From: a bacterium
GTDB lineage: Bacteria > Bdellovibrionota_C > UBA2361 > RFPC01
Direction: 5' to 3'
NCBI GenBank assembly: GCA_009926305.1
Contig: RFPC01000005.1
Span: 7,649 to 71,648 of the forward strand
Length of the DNA stretch: 64,000 bases
Shown here: positions 1 through 9,815 of the stretch, one piece after another
How positions within the stretch are numbered: the stretch's first letter is position 1
Layout of the letters: every line of letters starts with the position of its first letter
The notes under the pieces: generated by a model
Databases searched by the model: none
The model's input: the letters and a program-made list of their open reading frames with translations, nothing else
What the model was told of the DNA's origin: nothing
Position numbers and translations under genes: made by a program

Positions 1-1
1 G

Positions 2-1831
2 TTTTATGAACACATCGGAGTAGATGTTTGGGGAATAGGAAGAGCCCTGCTCACAAATATCAGATCCGGCAGCATAGTGCAGGGAGCTAGTACCATAACC
101 CAACAACTTGCAAAGAACCTCTTTCTTTCACCACGGCGTACAGTAACTCGCAAAATCCATGAGCTCTTTATCGCTATTTTACTCGAGCTCCATCTTTCAA
201 AAGAGGAGATTCTTAGTTTATACCTCAATGAAGTGTATCTCGGACAAGAGGGTCGTTCCGCTCTGCATGGGATGGAAGCCGCGGCTCAGAGCTTTTTCAG
301 AAAATCTGCATCAGAGGTATCAGTAGATGAGGCTGCACTCCTTGCTGGAATAATTAAAGCACCATCAAGCTACAATCCGAGAAGATACCTAAAACGGGCC
401 ATACAACGACGGAACATTGTCCTGGCAGCCCTTCATGATGAAGACTATCTCACCGCAAGTGAAGAAGAGGCGCTCAGAAAAACAAATCCCACGATCCACA
501 AGCCTCTTTTCACCGGAAGATATGCTCCCTTTTTTGAAATTGTCCTGGAGCGTTCTCTGGCAGAAAAGGTAAACCTCGAAGCACTCAGAGGACGAGGAGC
601 TCAGGTTGTTACCGGACTTTCCAGAGAACTACAACTTTGCGGTGAAGAGGCATTGTCTCAAGGATTGAAGCAAATTGAACGCAACTTTCCGACACTCCGA
701 CCGAACAAAGAGAGAAGCCTCCAAGGTGGACTCGTCGCATTAGATCCAACCTCGGGACTCATCAGGGCATGGATTGGCGGGCGAGAATACTCAAAGAATC
801 AGTTCGACCATGTTTCTCAAGCAAAGCGCCCGATTGGCTCAACCGTAAAGCCATTCATTTACCTTACGGCACTGGATCCAGCACTGAATACGTATAAGAC
901 TGCTACGCTTCGCTCCACCCTTCCCGATCAGCCGATTTCGGTGAAACTTCCCAATGGAGACCGATGGGAGCCCTCAAACTCAGATCGAAAATTCCGGGGG
1001 AAAGTAACTCTACGCTATGCATTGGAACACTCCCTCAACCTGCCACCTATTCATATCACTCGACAGGTAGGGGTTGAGACTGTGCAGAAAACTTTGCAAC
1101 GTTTCGAGCTTCATCCAAACCCGCCGGCAGTACTCTCGCTCGCCCTTGGCACACTTGAAACGAACCTTTTGTCTCTGACTGCAGCATACGGGGCACTTGC
1201 TAACCACGGAGTGCTCGTACGACCACGTCTTTTCGACAGGATTGAAGACGGTGATGGAGATTTGCTCTATAGCAATCGGTATGACCGAGAGCCAGTTGCT
1301 GATCCTGGAGCGACCTTTTTATTGAAAGATGCACTTCAGGGGGTAATCTCCCGTGGGACTGGGAAAAATGCCCAGCCCCAGACTACACTCGCTCCTCTGG
1401 GAGGAAAGACAGGGACGTCACAAAAATCGAGAGATGCCTGGTTCATAGGAATGGCCCCCCAAATCGTAGCAGGAGTTTGGGTGGGTTATGACGACAATAC
1501 TTCCATCCGGCTCAGTGGAGGAAGCGCTGCAGCACCCATCTGGAGACGATTCATCGAGTGTAGCTCGCCCTACCTCGCCTCGATAGAGCCCCTGATGCCT
1601 TTAAATATCGTCCGTTCAGCACTCGATAGTGAAACTGGAGAACTCTTTTCCGATAGATGCCCAGAGCATCAACAGGTATACGAGCTATTCTTACGAGGCA
1701 CTGCCCCAAAACGCCCCTGCACTCTGCACGGAGGTGTGATATTGTCAGAGGACGAAACATTAACCACTCATCAGAGGAGAAAAAATGGTCAAAAGCGCAA
1801 AGGGTTTTTTGAACGCTTCTTTGGCAACTAA
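2..1831 (+). CDS. mrcB: Class A penicillin-binding protein (PBP1B-like transglycosylase/transpeptidase), 5' end outside the window
   Basis: Frame is open from position 2 (FYEHIGVD...). Transglycosylase motifs QGASTITQQLAKN, RKxxE and YLNEVYLG; transpeptidase motifs GSTVKP, SLN and KTGT. Confidence 0.85.
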   Translation, partial: FYEHIGVDVWGIGRALLTNIRSGSIVQGASTITQQLAKNLFLSPRRTVTRKIHELFIAILLELHLSKEEILSLYLNEVYLGQEGRSALHGMEAAAQSFFRKSASEVSVDEAALLAGIIKAPSSYNPRRYLKRAIQRRNIVLAALHDEDYLTASEEEALRKTNPTIHKPLFTGRYAPFFEIVLERSLAEKVNLEALRGRGAQVVTGLSRELQLCGEEALSQGLKQIERNFPTLRPNKERSLQGGLVALDPTSGLIRAWIGGREYSKNQFDHVSQAKRPIGSTVKPFIYLTALDPALNTYKTATLRSTLPDQPISVKLPNGDRWEPSNSDRKFRGKVTLRYALEHSLNLPPIHITRQVGVETVQKTLQRFELHPNPPAVLSLALGTLETNLLSLTAAYGALANHGVLVRPRLFDRIEDGDGDLLYSNRYDREPVADPGATFLLKDALQGVISRGTGKNAQPQTTLAPLGGKTGTSQKSRDAWFIGMAPQIVAGVWVGYDDNTSIRLSGGSAAAPIWRRFIECSSPYLASIEPLMPLNIVRSALDSETGELFSDRCPEHQQVYELFLRGTAPKRPCTLHGGVILSEDETLTTHQRRKNGQKRKGFFERFFGN

Positions 1832-2507
1832 AGTCGTTGTATCACTGATCATCAGCATCGCGGTAACGAGTTTCGCACTTGCTCAGGAAATCCTTCCACG
1901 TCCAGAGAACCCGAGCAACGCAGAGCTTACGAATCAAGCAGACAATCAACAAACACAGATTCTCGTTGATAGTAATACCCTACGTACAGCCATTTTTGCA
2001 GGAGGGTGCTTTTGGTGCATGGAACCTCCATTTGACGCTCTCCCCGGGGTACACGATACAACGGCAGGATATACAGGGGGAACAACACCCGATCCTACGT
2101 ATGCAGAGGTTGCAGGGAAGGCAACGGGACACTATGAAGCAGTGCGTGTTACCTACAATCCCAACATTATTACTTACGCGAAGCTCCTTGAAATTTTCTG
2201 GCGTAATATCGACCCTCTTGATGACAAAGGACAGTTTTGTGACCGAGGAACTCCGTATCTCAGTGCTATTTTTGTTGATACGGAAGAAGAAAGAACCCTA
2301 GCAGAGGAGAGCAAGCAAAAAACTCAAAAAGACCTGGAGGACAAAGGGACGGTAGTTACCCGAATATTGCAACGAGCAAAGTTTTACGAGGCTGAGGAAT
2401 ACCATCAAAACTATGCTCAGAAGAACCAACTCCGCTACAAGTATTACCGGAAAGCATGTAAGAGGGACTTTCGTTTAGAAGAGCTCTGGGGACTCATCTT
2501 TTCGTAG
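1785..2507 (+). CDS. msrA: Peptide methionine sulfoxide reductase MsrA with N-terminal signal peptide
   Basis: GGCFWC active site, GHYEAV and AEEYHQNY motifs; AGGAGA RBS before ATG 1785; overlaps the PBP 3' end by 47 nt. Confidence 0.93.
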   Translation: MVKSAKGFLNASLATKVVVSLIISIAVTSFALAQEILPRPENPSNAELTNQADNQQTQILVDSNTLRTAIFAGGCFWCMEPPFDALPGVHDTTAGYTGGTTPDPTYAEVAGKATGHYEAVRVTYNPNIITYAKLLEIFWRNIDPLDDKGQFCDRGTPYLSAIFVDTEEERTLAEESKQKTQKDLEDKGTVVTRILQRAKFYEAEEYHQNYAQKNQLRYKYYRKACKRDFRLEELWGLIFS

Positions 2508-2508
2508 G

Positions 2509-3753
2509 ATGTTGAGCATGTCTGAGTTTGATGTTCTCATTATTGGCGGCGGTATCAGTGGTCTCAATGCCGCAAAAGAACTGTATGAGAATGACAAAAA
2601 ATTTCTGATTCTGGAGAAAACCGGTGCGCTCGGAGGTCGAATCCGCACAGACAGAGAATCGGGATTTCAGCTTGATCGAGGATTTCAAATCCTGCTTCCT
2701 GGATATGAAGAGGCTCAAGATGCTCTCGATTACCATACTCTTGATCTGCGGTATTTTACCCCAGGAGTGAGAATATGGCTCGAGAAGAGATGGCAGGAAC
2801 TCCGAGACCCACTGGATGCCCCGTGGAAGTCCATGAAGGGATTATTCTCTTCTGTTGGCTCACTCAATGATAAGCTCGGAATGATTGCTCTGAGCCTCCG
2901 CAGTCAAAAAGGCACCCTCCAAGGTCGTCCCGAGCTCTCGACTGAAGAATACCTAAAAAAAATCAGCTTTTCGGAAAAGATCATAGGAAATTTCTTTCAG
3001 CCTTTTCTCAAAGGAGTATTCCTCGAACAGAGCTTGTCACGCTCCAGCTCCGAGTTCGCTTTTTATTTTTCTCACTTTGCAAACACAGGGGGAGCTCTTC
3101 CTTCTCGGGGCATGGAGAGTATCCCTTTACAACTTGCAGAGAGCATACCAGAGGAATCTGTTCGGACAGATGCAACAGTGCAAGCAGTGACTGAAGGGAA
3201 AGTTACTCTCGCAACTGGAGAGGAGCTCTATGCTCCACATATTATTCTCGCTGTTGATCAATCCTCGGCCTTAGAGCTTCTTCCGAAGAGCACTCCTTAC
3301 CAAAAGCCCAAGATACGGGGCACTATGTGTATGTACTTCACGGGAGCCAAACGAAACGAGATGCCTCCTCTCATTCATCTCGTTCCACAATCAAGGAACG
3401 GAATCGCAAATATCGCCCCTCTCTCTGCTGTAGCATCTGAGTATGCGCCTCCAGAAAACTGCCTTTTTTCAGTGAATATCACACTTGATGAAAGTTTTAA
3501 TGGGACATCTCCTGCAGCGAATGAGATCAAAGAAGAGCTTATCGAACTTTTTGGCGATGCGATGCAAGAGGCTACACACCTAAAGACCTACACCATTCCG
3601 TATGCTCTCCCCTCCAACAACACTCATTTTGAATCAAACGAGCTCCCGAAAGGGGTATATCTTGCAGGGGATTGGGCTCTTCAAGGGAGTATTAACGGGG
3701 CGCTTCAGTCAGGACGCTTAGCGGTGGAGAACATTCTCAGAGCCACACTCTAG
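2509..3753 (+). CDS. FAD-dependent oxidoreductase (amine oxidase/protoporphyrinogen oxidase-like)
   Basis: IIGGGISG dinucleotide-binding motif, GGRIRT, DRGFQ, and C-terminal LAGD...GSINGALQSG. Confidence 0.85.
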   Translation: MLSMSEFDVLIIGGGISGLNAAKELYENDKKFLILEKTGALGGRIRTDRESGFQLDRGFQILLPGYEEAQDALDYHTLDLRYFTPGVRIWLEKRWQELRDPLDAPWKSMKGLFSSVGSLNDKLGMIALSLRSQKGTLQGRPELSTEEYLKKISFSEKIIGNFFQPFLKGVFLEQSLSRSSSEFAFYFSHFANTGGALPSRGMESIPLQLAESIPEESVRTDATVQAVTEGKVTLATGEELYAPHIILAVDQSSALELLPKSTPYQKPKIRGTMCMYFTGAKRNEMPPLIHLVPQSRNGIANIAPLSAVASEYAPPENCLFSVNITLDESFNGTSPAANEIKEELIELFGDAMQEATHLKTYTIPYALPSNNTHFESNELPKGVYLAGDWALQGSINGALQSGRLAVENILRATL

Positions 3754-3873
3754 AGCGCGGAGCGCTACAGACTCTAGAGCGCGGGGCACTACAGGCTTTA
3801 GAGCGCGGGGCGCTACAGGCTTTAGAGCGCGGGGCGCTACAGACTTTAGAGCGCGGGGCGCTACAGACCCTAG
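3747..3873. repeat. Tandem repeat, 5 x 24 bp (TAGAGCGCGGGGCGCTACAGRCTY)
   Basis: Units start at 3751, 3775, 3799, 3823 and 3847. Most contain the AGCGC-GGG-GCGCT hairpin. The first TAG is the oxidoreductase stop codon. Confidence 0.95.
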
Positions 3874-3911
3874 TCTACAGAGAAGGTGGGGAGAGAAATT
3901 GTGAAGACATC

Positions 3912-4331
3912 TCAGCCGACAACGCTCTTCAACATTGAGACCATGCCCATCAACCCTTGACCCTTTCCCATAGAGAGTGTTCTTCCAAAAATCTGATACG
4001 CTATGTCCACTGGAATTGATTTGATTTCATCCGCTGGAAGGCCACTCAGAGTTTGTTGAATGATCGAGGCCATCGCCATCGCCGATATTCCCTGAGGATT
4101 CTCTATCGCATAGTGAAAATCATAACTTCCATCACCGCGGGCCCTCGCAAACATGAAGACCTCAGATTCACAGCCCGGAACCCGATTCTCCTCTGGATAC
4201 GGGGTCGTAGCGATATCAGCCGTGACGGGCTCAAACTCATCTGCGAGTTCGATAAGAATCTCAGCTCGCGTATCCTCATCCGTGAGAGATAGCTCTTCTA
4301 TAAGCGCTTGAAGTTTCTCCGGTAGAACCAT
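3912..4331 (-). CDS. sufE: SufE-family sulfur acceptor protein
   Basis: RVPGCES motif, 139 aa, directly downstream of a sulfurtransferase. Confidence 0.85.
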   Translation of the reverse strand: MVLPEKLQALIEELSLTDEDTRAEILIELADEFEPVTADIATTPYPEENRVPGCESEVFMFARARGDGSYDFHYAIENPQGISAMAMASIIQQTLSGLPADEIKSIPVDIAYQIFGRTLSMGKGQGLMGMVSMLKSVVG

Positions 4332-4350
4332 CTTTCCTTCCCTCTCGCTC

Positions 4351-5217
4351 TTATGAGCGTTCGATTGGAACTCCCACTAAGTTTCCCCATTCGGTCCAAC
4401 TTCCATCGTAGTTTTTCACATCCTCAAAACCCAACAGGTATTTTAGCACAAACCACGTGTGACTGCTGCGCTCACCTATTCGGCAATACGCAATAGTTGG
4501 ATCTTCAGGCCGCAGGTTCTGTTCATTGAGGTAAATCTCTTTGAGCATCGGTGCTGAAAGGAAGGTCCCGTCCTCTTGAGATATTGCCCTGGCCCATGGA
4601 ATGCTCTTGGCTCCAGGAATGTGCCCGCCGCGTAAGGCCCCCTCATTTGGATAGTCTGGCATGTGGAGTCGTTCGCCCGAAAACTCCTCAGGGCTCCGCA
4701 CATCTACCAGCGATTTGCCCATGTTGAGATGTGCGAGTACCTGTTCTCGAAAAGCGCGCTGAGATGCATCATCTCGTTCGACGACTCCATAGACCGTTGG
4801 CTCAAAATTTGGCACTTCACGTGTTAACTCACGTCCTTCCTTCATCCACTTAAGACGACCGCCATCCATAACTTTGGTGTTCGTATGACCGAAGAGGCTG
4901 AAGACCCACAGTGCATAACATGCCCACCAGTTATTCTTATCGCCGTAAAATACAACAGTCGTATCAGGAGTAATTCCTATCCGAGAGGCAAGCTCAGAAA
5001 AGTGAGTTGCATCCAAGTAATCTCGACAGACCGGATCGTTCAGATCTCTGATCCAATCTACTTCCACCGCGTTTTCAATATGACCACTACGGTAGAGCAA
5101 CTGATCCTCATTAGATTCAATGAGTCGTATCGCTGGATTTTCTCGATGGCTTGCCACCCATTCCGTTGAAACAAGCATTTCGGGGCAGGCATACCCTCGT
5201 TCTTCAATTGGAGACAT
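4351..5217 (-). CDS. sseA: Tandem-rhodanese thiosulfate sulfurtransferase (SseA-like)
   Basis: LVSTEW, GHIPGA, active-site [18 protein letters not shown]. Confidence 0.9.
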   Translation of the reverse strand: MSPIEERGYACPEMLVSTEWVASHRENPAIRLIESNEDQLLYRSGHIENAVEVDWIRDLNDPVCRDYLDATHFSELASRIGITPDTTVVFYGDKNNWWACYALWVFSLFGHTNTKVMDGGRLKWMKEGRELTREVPNFEPTVYGVVERDDASQRAFREQVLAHLNMGKSLVDVRSPEEFSGERLHMPDYPNEGALRGGHIPGAKSIPWARAISQEDGTFLSAPMLKEIYLNEQNLRPEDPTIAYCRIGERSSHTWFVLKYLLGFEDVKNYDGSWTEWGNLVGVPIERS

Positions 5218-5338
5218 AGGATTCTCTTCTTTTTATACCACTCTACTCAAACGACTCGGCGTTCTCTCTGCGAGCAACAGCAATTTTTTGCCGTCATTCT
5301 TCAACAAAGGAACAAAGATGCCTTCAGAGATCTGACTC

Positions 5339-5728
5339 CTAAGAGGCTTTTGCCACCCAGCTGTTACACCACCCTTGATGACTTACCAGGCCGTCAGCAA
5401 ACAACGCACATTTGCCCCACTTTCCTTCTTTGCCAGCGACTTCCATATCTCTCTGTACGAGCAACTGACAGTTGCTACAGAACTGGCTTTTTCCGGCTTC
5501 ACCGGCACGCTTCGGAAATTTTGCCGTGTCTACCTTTGATGCATCATGCATATATCCAAGCGCTGAAGCCATCGGATGATTCTCAGGGAGAGCGCCAAGA
5601 CCTTGCGCCTCCACATACCGCGCCTTCAAAATCGAGCCGCCTGATACTTTTTCTAACGTTGATGCAACTGGCACAGCCGCTATTGCCGCTAATCCCTTTT
5701 TGATAAACGCTCTTCGATCGCATGCCAT
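5339..5728 (-). CDS. High-potential iron-sulfur protein (HiPIP) with Tat signal peptide
   Basis: Start at ATG 5728 after a GAGGAG RBS; DRRAFIK twin-arginine motif; ALGY, CSNCQL, GKCALF and GWCNSW HiPIP cysteine pattern. Confidence 0.9.
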   Translation of the reverse strand: MACDRRAFIKKGLAAIAAVPVASTLEKVSGGSILKARYVEAQGLGALPENHPMASALGYMHDASKVDTAKFPKRAGEAGKSQFCSNCQLLVQRDMEVAGKEGKWGKCALFADGLVSHQGWCNSWVAKAS

Positions 5729-5789
5729 AGGAAACTCCTCACAATTATTCGTTTTCGCAAACTTACAACCCGCTGCACCACACTCCCAC

Positions 5790-5833
5790 CCTTCAGGTCC
5801 CGCTGACAACACCTTCAGGTCCCGCTGACAACA
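5790..5833. repeat. Direct tandem repeat, 2 x 22 bp (CCTTCAGGTCCCGCTGACAACA)
   Basis: Exact copies at 5790-5811 and 5812-5833. Confidence 0.9.
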
Positions 5834-5835
5834 CG

Positions 5836-5921
5836 TCGAGCCTTGCTCGCACGAGAACATCGAGCCTTGCTCGCACGAGAACATCGAGCCTTGCTCGCAC
5901 GAGAACATCGAGCCTTGCTCG
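5836..5921. repeat. Tandem repeat, ~3.6 x 24 bp (TCGAGCCTTGCTCGCACGAGAACA)
   Basis: Exact units at 5836, 5860 and 5884, partial at 5908; each contains the CGAGC-CTT-GCTCG hairpin. Confidence 0.95.
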
Positions 5922-6198
5922 AAGGAGAATGATTTCAGCTTTCAGTAGCAACAGTAAGACGCATCGAGCTCGCCTTCCTTTCACTTGCTATAGTTTTAGC
6001 ATGGTGGAGCAAGATAGCAACTTTTAGCATATGAAATATCAGGTGGTTATGGAGATTCTTCATTCTCAACTGGTGTTAATGGTCATTGCTCAGCTGATGC
6101 TAGCTCTTAGCGGGCTGCCGGAATAACATCATGAATAAATCCCATGTAAAAACGTCAAATAGTCGTTTAGGATACACGCTCTCCCGCTTTTAGGATTG

Positions 6199-7827
6199 AT
6201 GAACATGCTCTACTATTCTCCAACTATGAATTCTTGTTCCCAACACATTCAGCAGACCTCCCGAGTGTCACCCTCCTCCCGAGTGTCATCCCGAATAGTC
6301 GACCGATGTATTGGCTCGTCGATTGACTCAAACAAAGGCTCGGGTCGAAAAATAGGACCGGCATACTTCGGGCTCATTTTTTCTTTTCTCTTCACAACGC
6401 TCTGCTGCGCAACTCCTGGCTTCGCCCAGGAACAAGAGCAAGCATTGCAATATGCACAGAGTCTCTCTCGAGCCTTCGAAAGCGTCGCTACTACCATAAC
6501 GCCAGCGCTTGTTAATATTCGCGCCGTTTCAAAACCAGCAGCAACGCAAAATCTTCGCGGAGACAACAACGAACCGTCGCCTCTCCCTCCAGGGATTCCT
6601 GCCCCGTTTCGTGACTTTTTTGAACACTTCGGGAAGCAACCTCCGTTTAACGGCGACACGACTCCTCAACAAGGGTTAGGATCAGGAGTAATCGTGGACT
6701 CAGAGGGGCACATTCTTACCAACAATCACGTAATAGCGAATGCAGATGAGGTCTCCGTTCGCCTCTCCGATGGACGGTCATTCGATGCAACAATTGTAGG
6801 TGCCGACAAGAGAACAGATCTCGCAGTAATCAAGATAGATGCGCCGGAACTCATTCCGGCTGCACTGGGAGACTCTGACCATCTCAAGATTGGAGAATGG
6901 GTTGTTGCTGCAGGCACTCCGTTTGGACTTGAGAACACGATTACCGCTGGAATTGTCAGCGCAAAGGGTCGTTCAATCCTGGGCGGAAACTCTTATGAAG
7001 ACTTCATTCAGACCGATGCTGCCATCAATCCAGGCAATAGTGGAGGCCCGCTCGCAAATCTTAATGGTCAGGTAGTAGGTATAAACACCGCAATATTCTC
7101 TCGCTCAGGCGGATACATGGGGGTTGGATTTGCAATCCCTATCAATATGGCTCGACAAATCATGCAAAGTCTCATTACCGAGGGGAAGGTGGTTCGGGGC
7201 TGGTTAGGAGTGGTCATTCAAGAGCTATCCAAAGAACTCGCGGAGTCATTTCAATATAACGACACCAAGGGAGCTCTCGTTTCCGAAATCGCCGAGGATG
7301 GCCCGGCTGCGAAGGGCGGTCTTCGACAGGGTGACATCATCACAGAGTTTAATGGGAAACAAATTACCTCGGTCAATGACTTGCGCAATCTCGTTGCAGC
7401 GCAACGTCCAGAGACGAGAGTTGCAATTACTCTCATTCGCGATGGAAAGCAGAAACAGATACGGCTTACACTTGGGGAACTTCCGAATAATATTGAGCAG
7501 CCTGCTTCCCTCGACAAAGATGACTCGGCACAACCTGACTATCAGTCTTCGCTCGGCATCCACGTAGAGCCGCTAACTGATCAGTTACAACAACAACTCA
7601 GATCCAGAACGAAAACGGGAGTGGTGGTGACCCGTGTGGAACCTTCAAGTGCTGCTGCCGAGGCTCATATTCGGGTAGGAGATATTATAAAAAGTATTGA
7701 TGGTGAACCGATAACAACTATCAAAGAGTTTCAGAAACTGCTCGAAGCAGTTGACCTCAAGAAGGGAGCACGCGTGCTTTTAGAAAGTGGGGGCATTGAT
7801 CGCTTCGTCTTCATCCGGGAAAAGTAA
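6199..7827 (+). CDS. degP: HtrA/DegP-family periplasmic serine endoprotease with two PDZ domains (start uncertain)
   Basis: GLGSGVI, TNNHV, DLAVIKI, IQTDAAINPGNSGG; two PDZ domains; signal-like segment ending GFA-QE. Confidence 0.92.
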   Translation: MNMLYYSPTMNSCSQHIQQTSRVSPSSRVSSRIVDRCIGSSIDSNKGSGRKIGPAYFGLIFSFLFTTLCCATPGFAQEQEQALQYAQSLSRAFESVATTITPALVNIRAVSKPAATQNLRGDNNEPSPLPPGIPAPFRDFFEHFGKQPPFNGDTTPQQGLGSGVIVDSEGHILTNNHVIANADEVSVRLSDGRSFDATIVGADKRTDLAVIKIDAPELIPAALGDSDHLKIGEWVVAAGTPFGLENTITAGIVSAKGRSILGGNSYEDFIQTDAAINPGNSGGPLANLNGQVVGINTAIFSRSGGYMGVGFAIPINMARQIMQSLITEGKVVRGWLGVVIQELSKELAESFQYNDTKGALVSEIAEDGPAAKGGLRQGDIITEFNGKQITSVNDLRNLVAAQRPETRVAITLIRDGKQKQIRLTLGELPNNIEQPASLDKDDSAQPDYQSSLGIHVEPLTDQLQQQLRSRTKTGVVVTRVEPSSAAAEAHIRVGDIIKSIDGEPITTIKEFQKLLEAVDLKKGARVLLESGGIDRFVFIREK

Positions 7828-8253
7828 ATGATTCGAATAACTGAATCGCCTCTCCTCCTCATACTTGTAGCCGTTGTATATGCCATCATTCCGCTAGACG
7901 TACTTCCGGACTTCATGAAACCGCTCGGACTCCTCGATGACGTCGTCGTTTTGGGGATCGTAATCTGGCACCTTTTGAGATTGGCGAAAAATCGCAATTC
8001 ACAAGGAGTAAGATTTGCTGAAGGTGTTTCGAGTCCTTCCCAAACAGCGGAAAAAGAAACCCCGCACGCTGTGCTCGGCGTTTCGCTGAATGCTACGCAA
8101 GAAGAAATTGAAAAAGCCTATAAACAAAAGATTAAGGAACACCATCCGGATCGAGTACACGGCCTTGGGAGAGAGATTCGAGAAGTTGCAGAGCGAAAGA
8201 CTCAACAAATCAACGAGGCGTATGACGTATTGCGCAAAGAGCAACAAGCGTAG
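7828..8253 (+). CDS. Small membrane protein: DUF1232-like N-terminus fused to a C-terminal J domain
   Basis: YAIIPLDVLPDF..GLLDD (DUF1232-like) followed by a J domain with HPD (EHHPDR). Confidence 0.8.
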   Translation: MIRITESPLLLILVAVVYAIIPLDVLPDFMKPLGLLDDVVVLGIVIWHLLRLAKNRNSQGVRFAEGVSSPSQTAEKETPHAVLGVSLNATQEEIEKAYKQKIKEHHPDRVHGLGREIREVAERKTQQINEAYDVLRKEQQA

Positions 8254-8269
8254 GCGGAGGGGAAACAGG

Positions 8270-9055
8270 TTAAGCGAAGAGCTCTGATTGTGTCAGGCGC
8301 TCTACCCCATCTTCAGTAACTAATACGGTGTGTTCCCACTGGGCTGACAATTCTCCATCCGCAGTTCTGACTGTCCATCCATCCACCTTGGAAAGAACTG
8401 TTTTTGCGGTGCCAAGATTAATCATCGGCTCGATGGTAAATGTCATTCCCGGGCGAATTTCAGGACCAGTGCCGCGACGACCAAAGTGAAGAATTTGGGG
8501 GGATTCGTGAAATGCTGCCCCAATGCCATGCCCTGTATACTCGCGAACAATTCCGTAAGGCCTCTCTAAGGATTCGATAAACTCTTGAATCGCTGCACCA
8601 ATGTCCCCAAACCGAGCTCCTGGTCGAACTGCTTCAATCCCTCGATAGAGAGCCTCACGCGTTAGCTGAACAAGCTTTACCGCCTCCTCTGAGCACGCAT
8701 CCTCACCACCGACAAGATACATTCGGCTCGAGTCCCCATGATATCCATGTTTGATAGAAGTAACATCAACGTTAATGATATCTCCCGCTTTCAATGTCTC
8801 ATAGGGAGAAGGAATACCGTGACAAATGACGTCGTTGACAGAAGTACATGACGACTTGGGAAAGCCATGATAGTCAAGAGTCGCTGGAATTGCGCCCCTC
8901 TCGGTTATCATATTGTGAACAAAGGTATTAATCTGCTCTGTAGTGATCCCTGGTCGGATGATATCTCCTACCTTATCAAGCACTTCAGCGGTAATCCGCG
9001 ACGCGGCACGCATGTACTCAATTTCTTTATCGGTTTTCAGTGGTATCTTTGACAT
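8270..9055 (-). CDS. map: Type I methionine aminopeptidase
   Basis: SVNDVICHGIP, DVT...HGDSSR, GHGIG, TIEPMIN, SAQWEHT; probable start MSKIPLK at 9055. Confidence 0.95.
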   Translation of the reverse strand: MSKIPLKTDKEIEYMRAASRITAEVLDKVGDIIRPGITTEQINTFVHNMITERGAIPATLDYHGFPKSSCTSVNDVICHGIPSPYETLKAGDIINVDVTSIKHGYHGDSSRMYLVGGEDACSEEAVKLVQLTREALYRGIEAVRPGARFGDIGAAIQEFIESLERPYGIVREYTGHGIGAAFHESPQILHFGRRGTGPEIRPGMTFTIEPMINLGTAKTVLSKVDGWTVRTADGELSAQWEHTVLVTEDGVERLTQSELFA

Positions 9056-9119
9056 CGCAGTGAGTGTACATTGACCGTCGAGCAGGAGCAACGCTATCAA
9101 AGAGAAAAAGGGAATCACA

Positions 9120-9776
9120 TTGAAAACGCCCCAGATAAAAGAGTTTGATTCTTTCCCCCTCCTCAAGAATTCTCCCACTCTGATGTGCGCTCATTTCGAG
9201 GCGGTCTCACACATTGTGGTACATCCAAAAGAGCTCGAGCATGCTGAGAGACTGAGAACCGAGAAACGTCGAAGAGAATTTCTTGCTGGTAGAAGACTGG
9301 TAAAAGTAGCACTTGGAGATATCGGACCTATCTTGCCATCGGAGAAGCGAGTGCCGCTATTTCCAAATGGGATTCATGCTTCCTTAAGTCATTCGGAAGG
9401 ATATGTCGGACTGTTGCATGCGACTGAACAGCCTCTTGGGCTTGATATTCAGATAGAAAGAAGTGTTTCTCGCGGCTTTCAACAAAGAGTCTGTGCTTCA
9501 AAAGAGGAACACAAAATGGCACCAGTGAATGTGTTCTCAGCGAAAGAGGCAGCGTATAAGGCCCTATCGCCATGGCACGACTTCATTTTTTTCCCGAGAT
9601 TCATTGAATTACGAGAAATTGATGGAGGCACATTCTCGGTATTGAAGATTCGAGGGGAACAGCCTCTCAAGCCGGTGCTCATAAGCCAGTTTACAATTCC
9701 AGATGTCGTTGATGGGAGAGCCTGTATCATATCCGTTGCAGGAGTACCGAATAACACTGATTGTTACAGGGGGTAG
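9120..9776 (+). CDS. 4'-phosphopantetheinyl transferase (EntD/Sfp-like)
   Basis: RRREFLAGR, SLSHS, LGLDIQ and FSAKEAAYKA motifs. Confidence 0.8.
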   Translation: MKTPQIKEFDSFPLLKNSPTLMCAHFEAVSHIVVHPKELEHAERLRTEKRRREFLAGRRLVKVALGDIGPILPSEKRVPLFPNGIHASLSHSEGYVGLLHATEQPLGLDIQIERSVSRGFQQRVCASKEEHKMAPVNVFSAKEAAYKALSPWHDFIFFPRFIELREIDGGTFSVLKIRGEQPLKPVLISQFTIPDVVDGRACIISVAGVPNNTDCYRG

Positions 9777-9815
9777 CGATTTATATCTTTGCTCTTCCTC
9801 CCGAGAGCTCCTGTC

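Noticed and set aside
3747..5921. 24-bp hairpin repeats as CRISPR arrays
   Set aside because: Units are directly adjacent with no unique spacers, and no cas genes are in the window.
5729..5984. N-terminal MFSCEQGS repeat extension of HiPIP and the 5793-5984 ORF
   Set aside because: Both are translations of the DNA repeat. The Tat signal and GAGGAG RBS place the real start at 5728.
9120..9776. PPTase as a marker of a nearby NRPS/PKS cluster
   Set aside because: No carrier-protein or synthetase genes are in the window.
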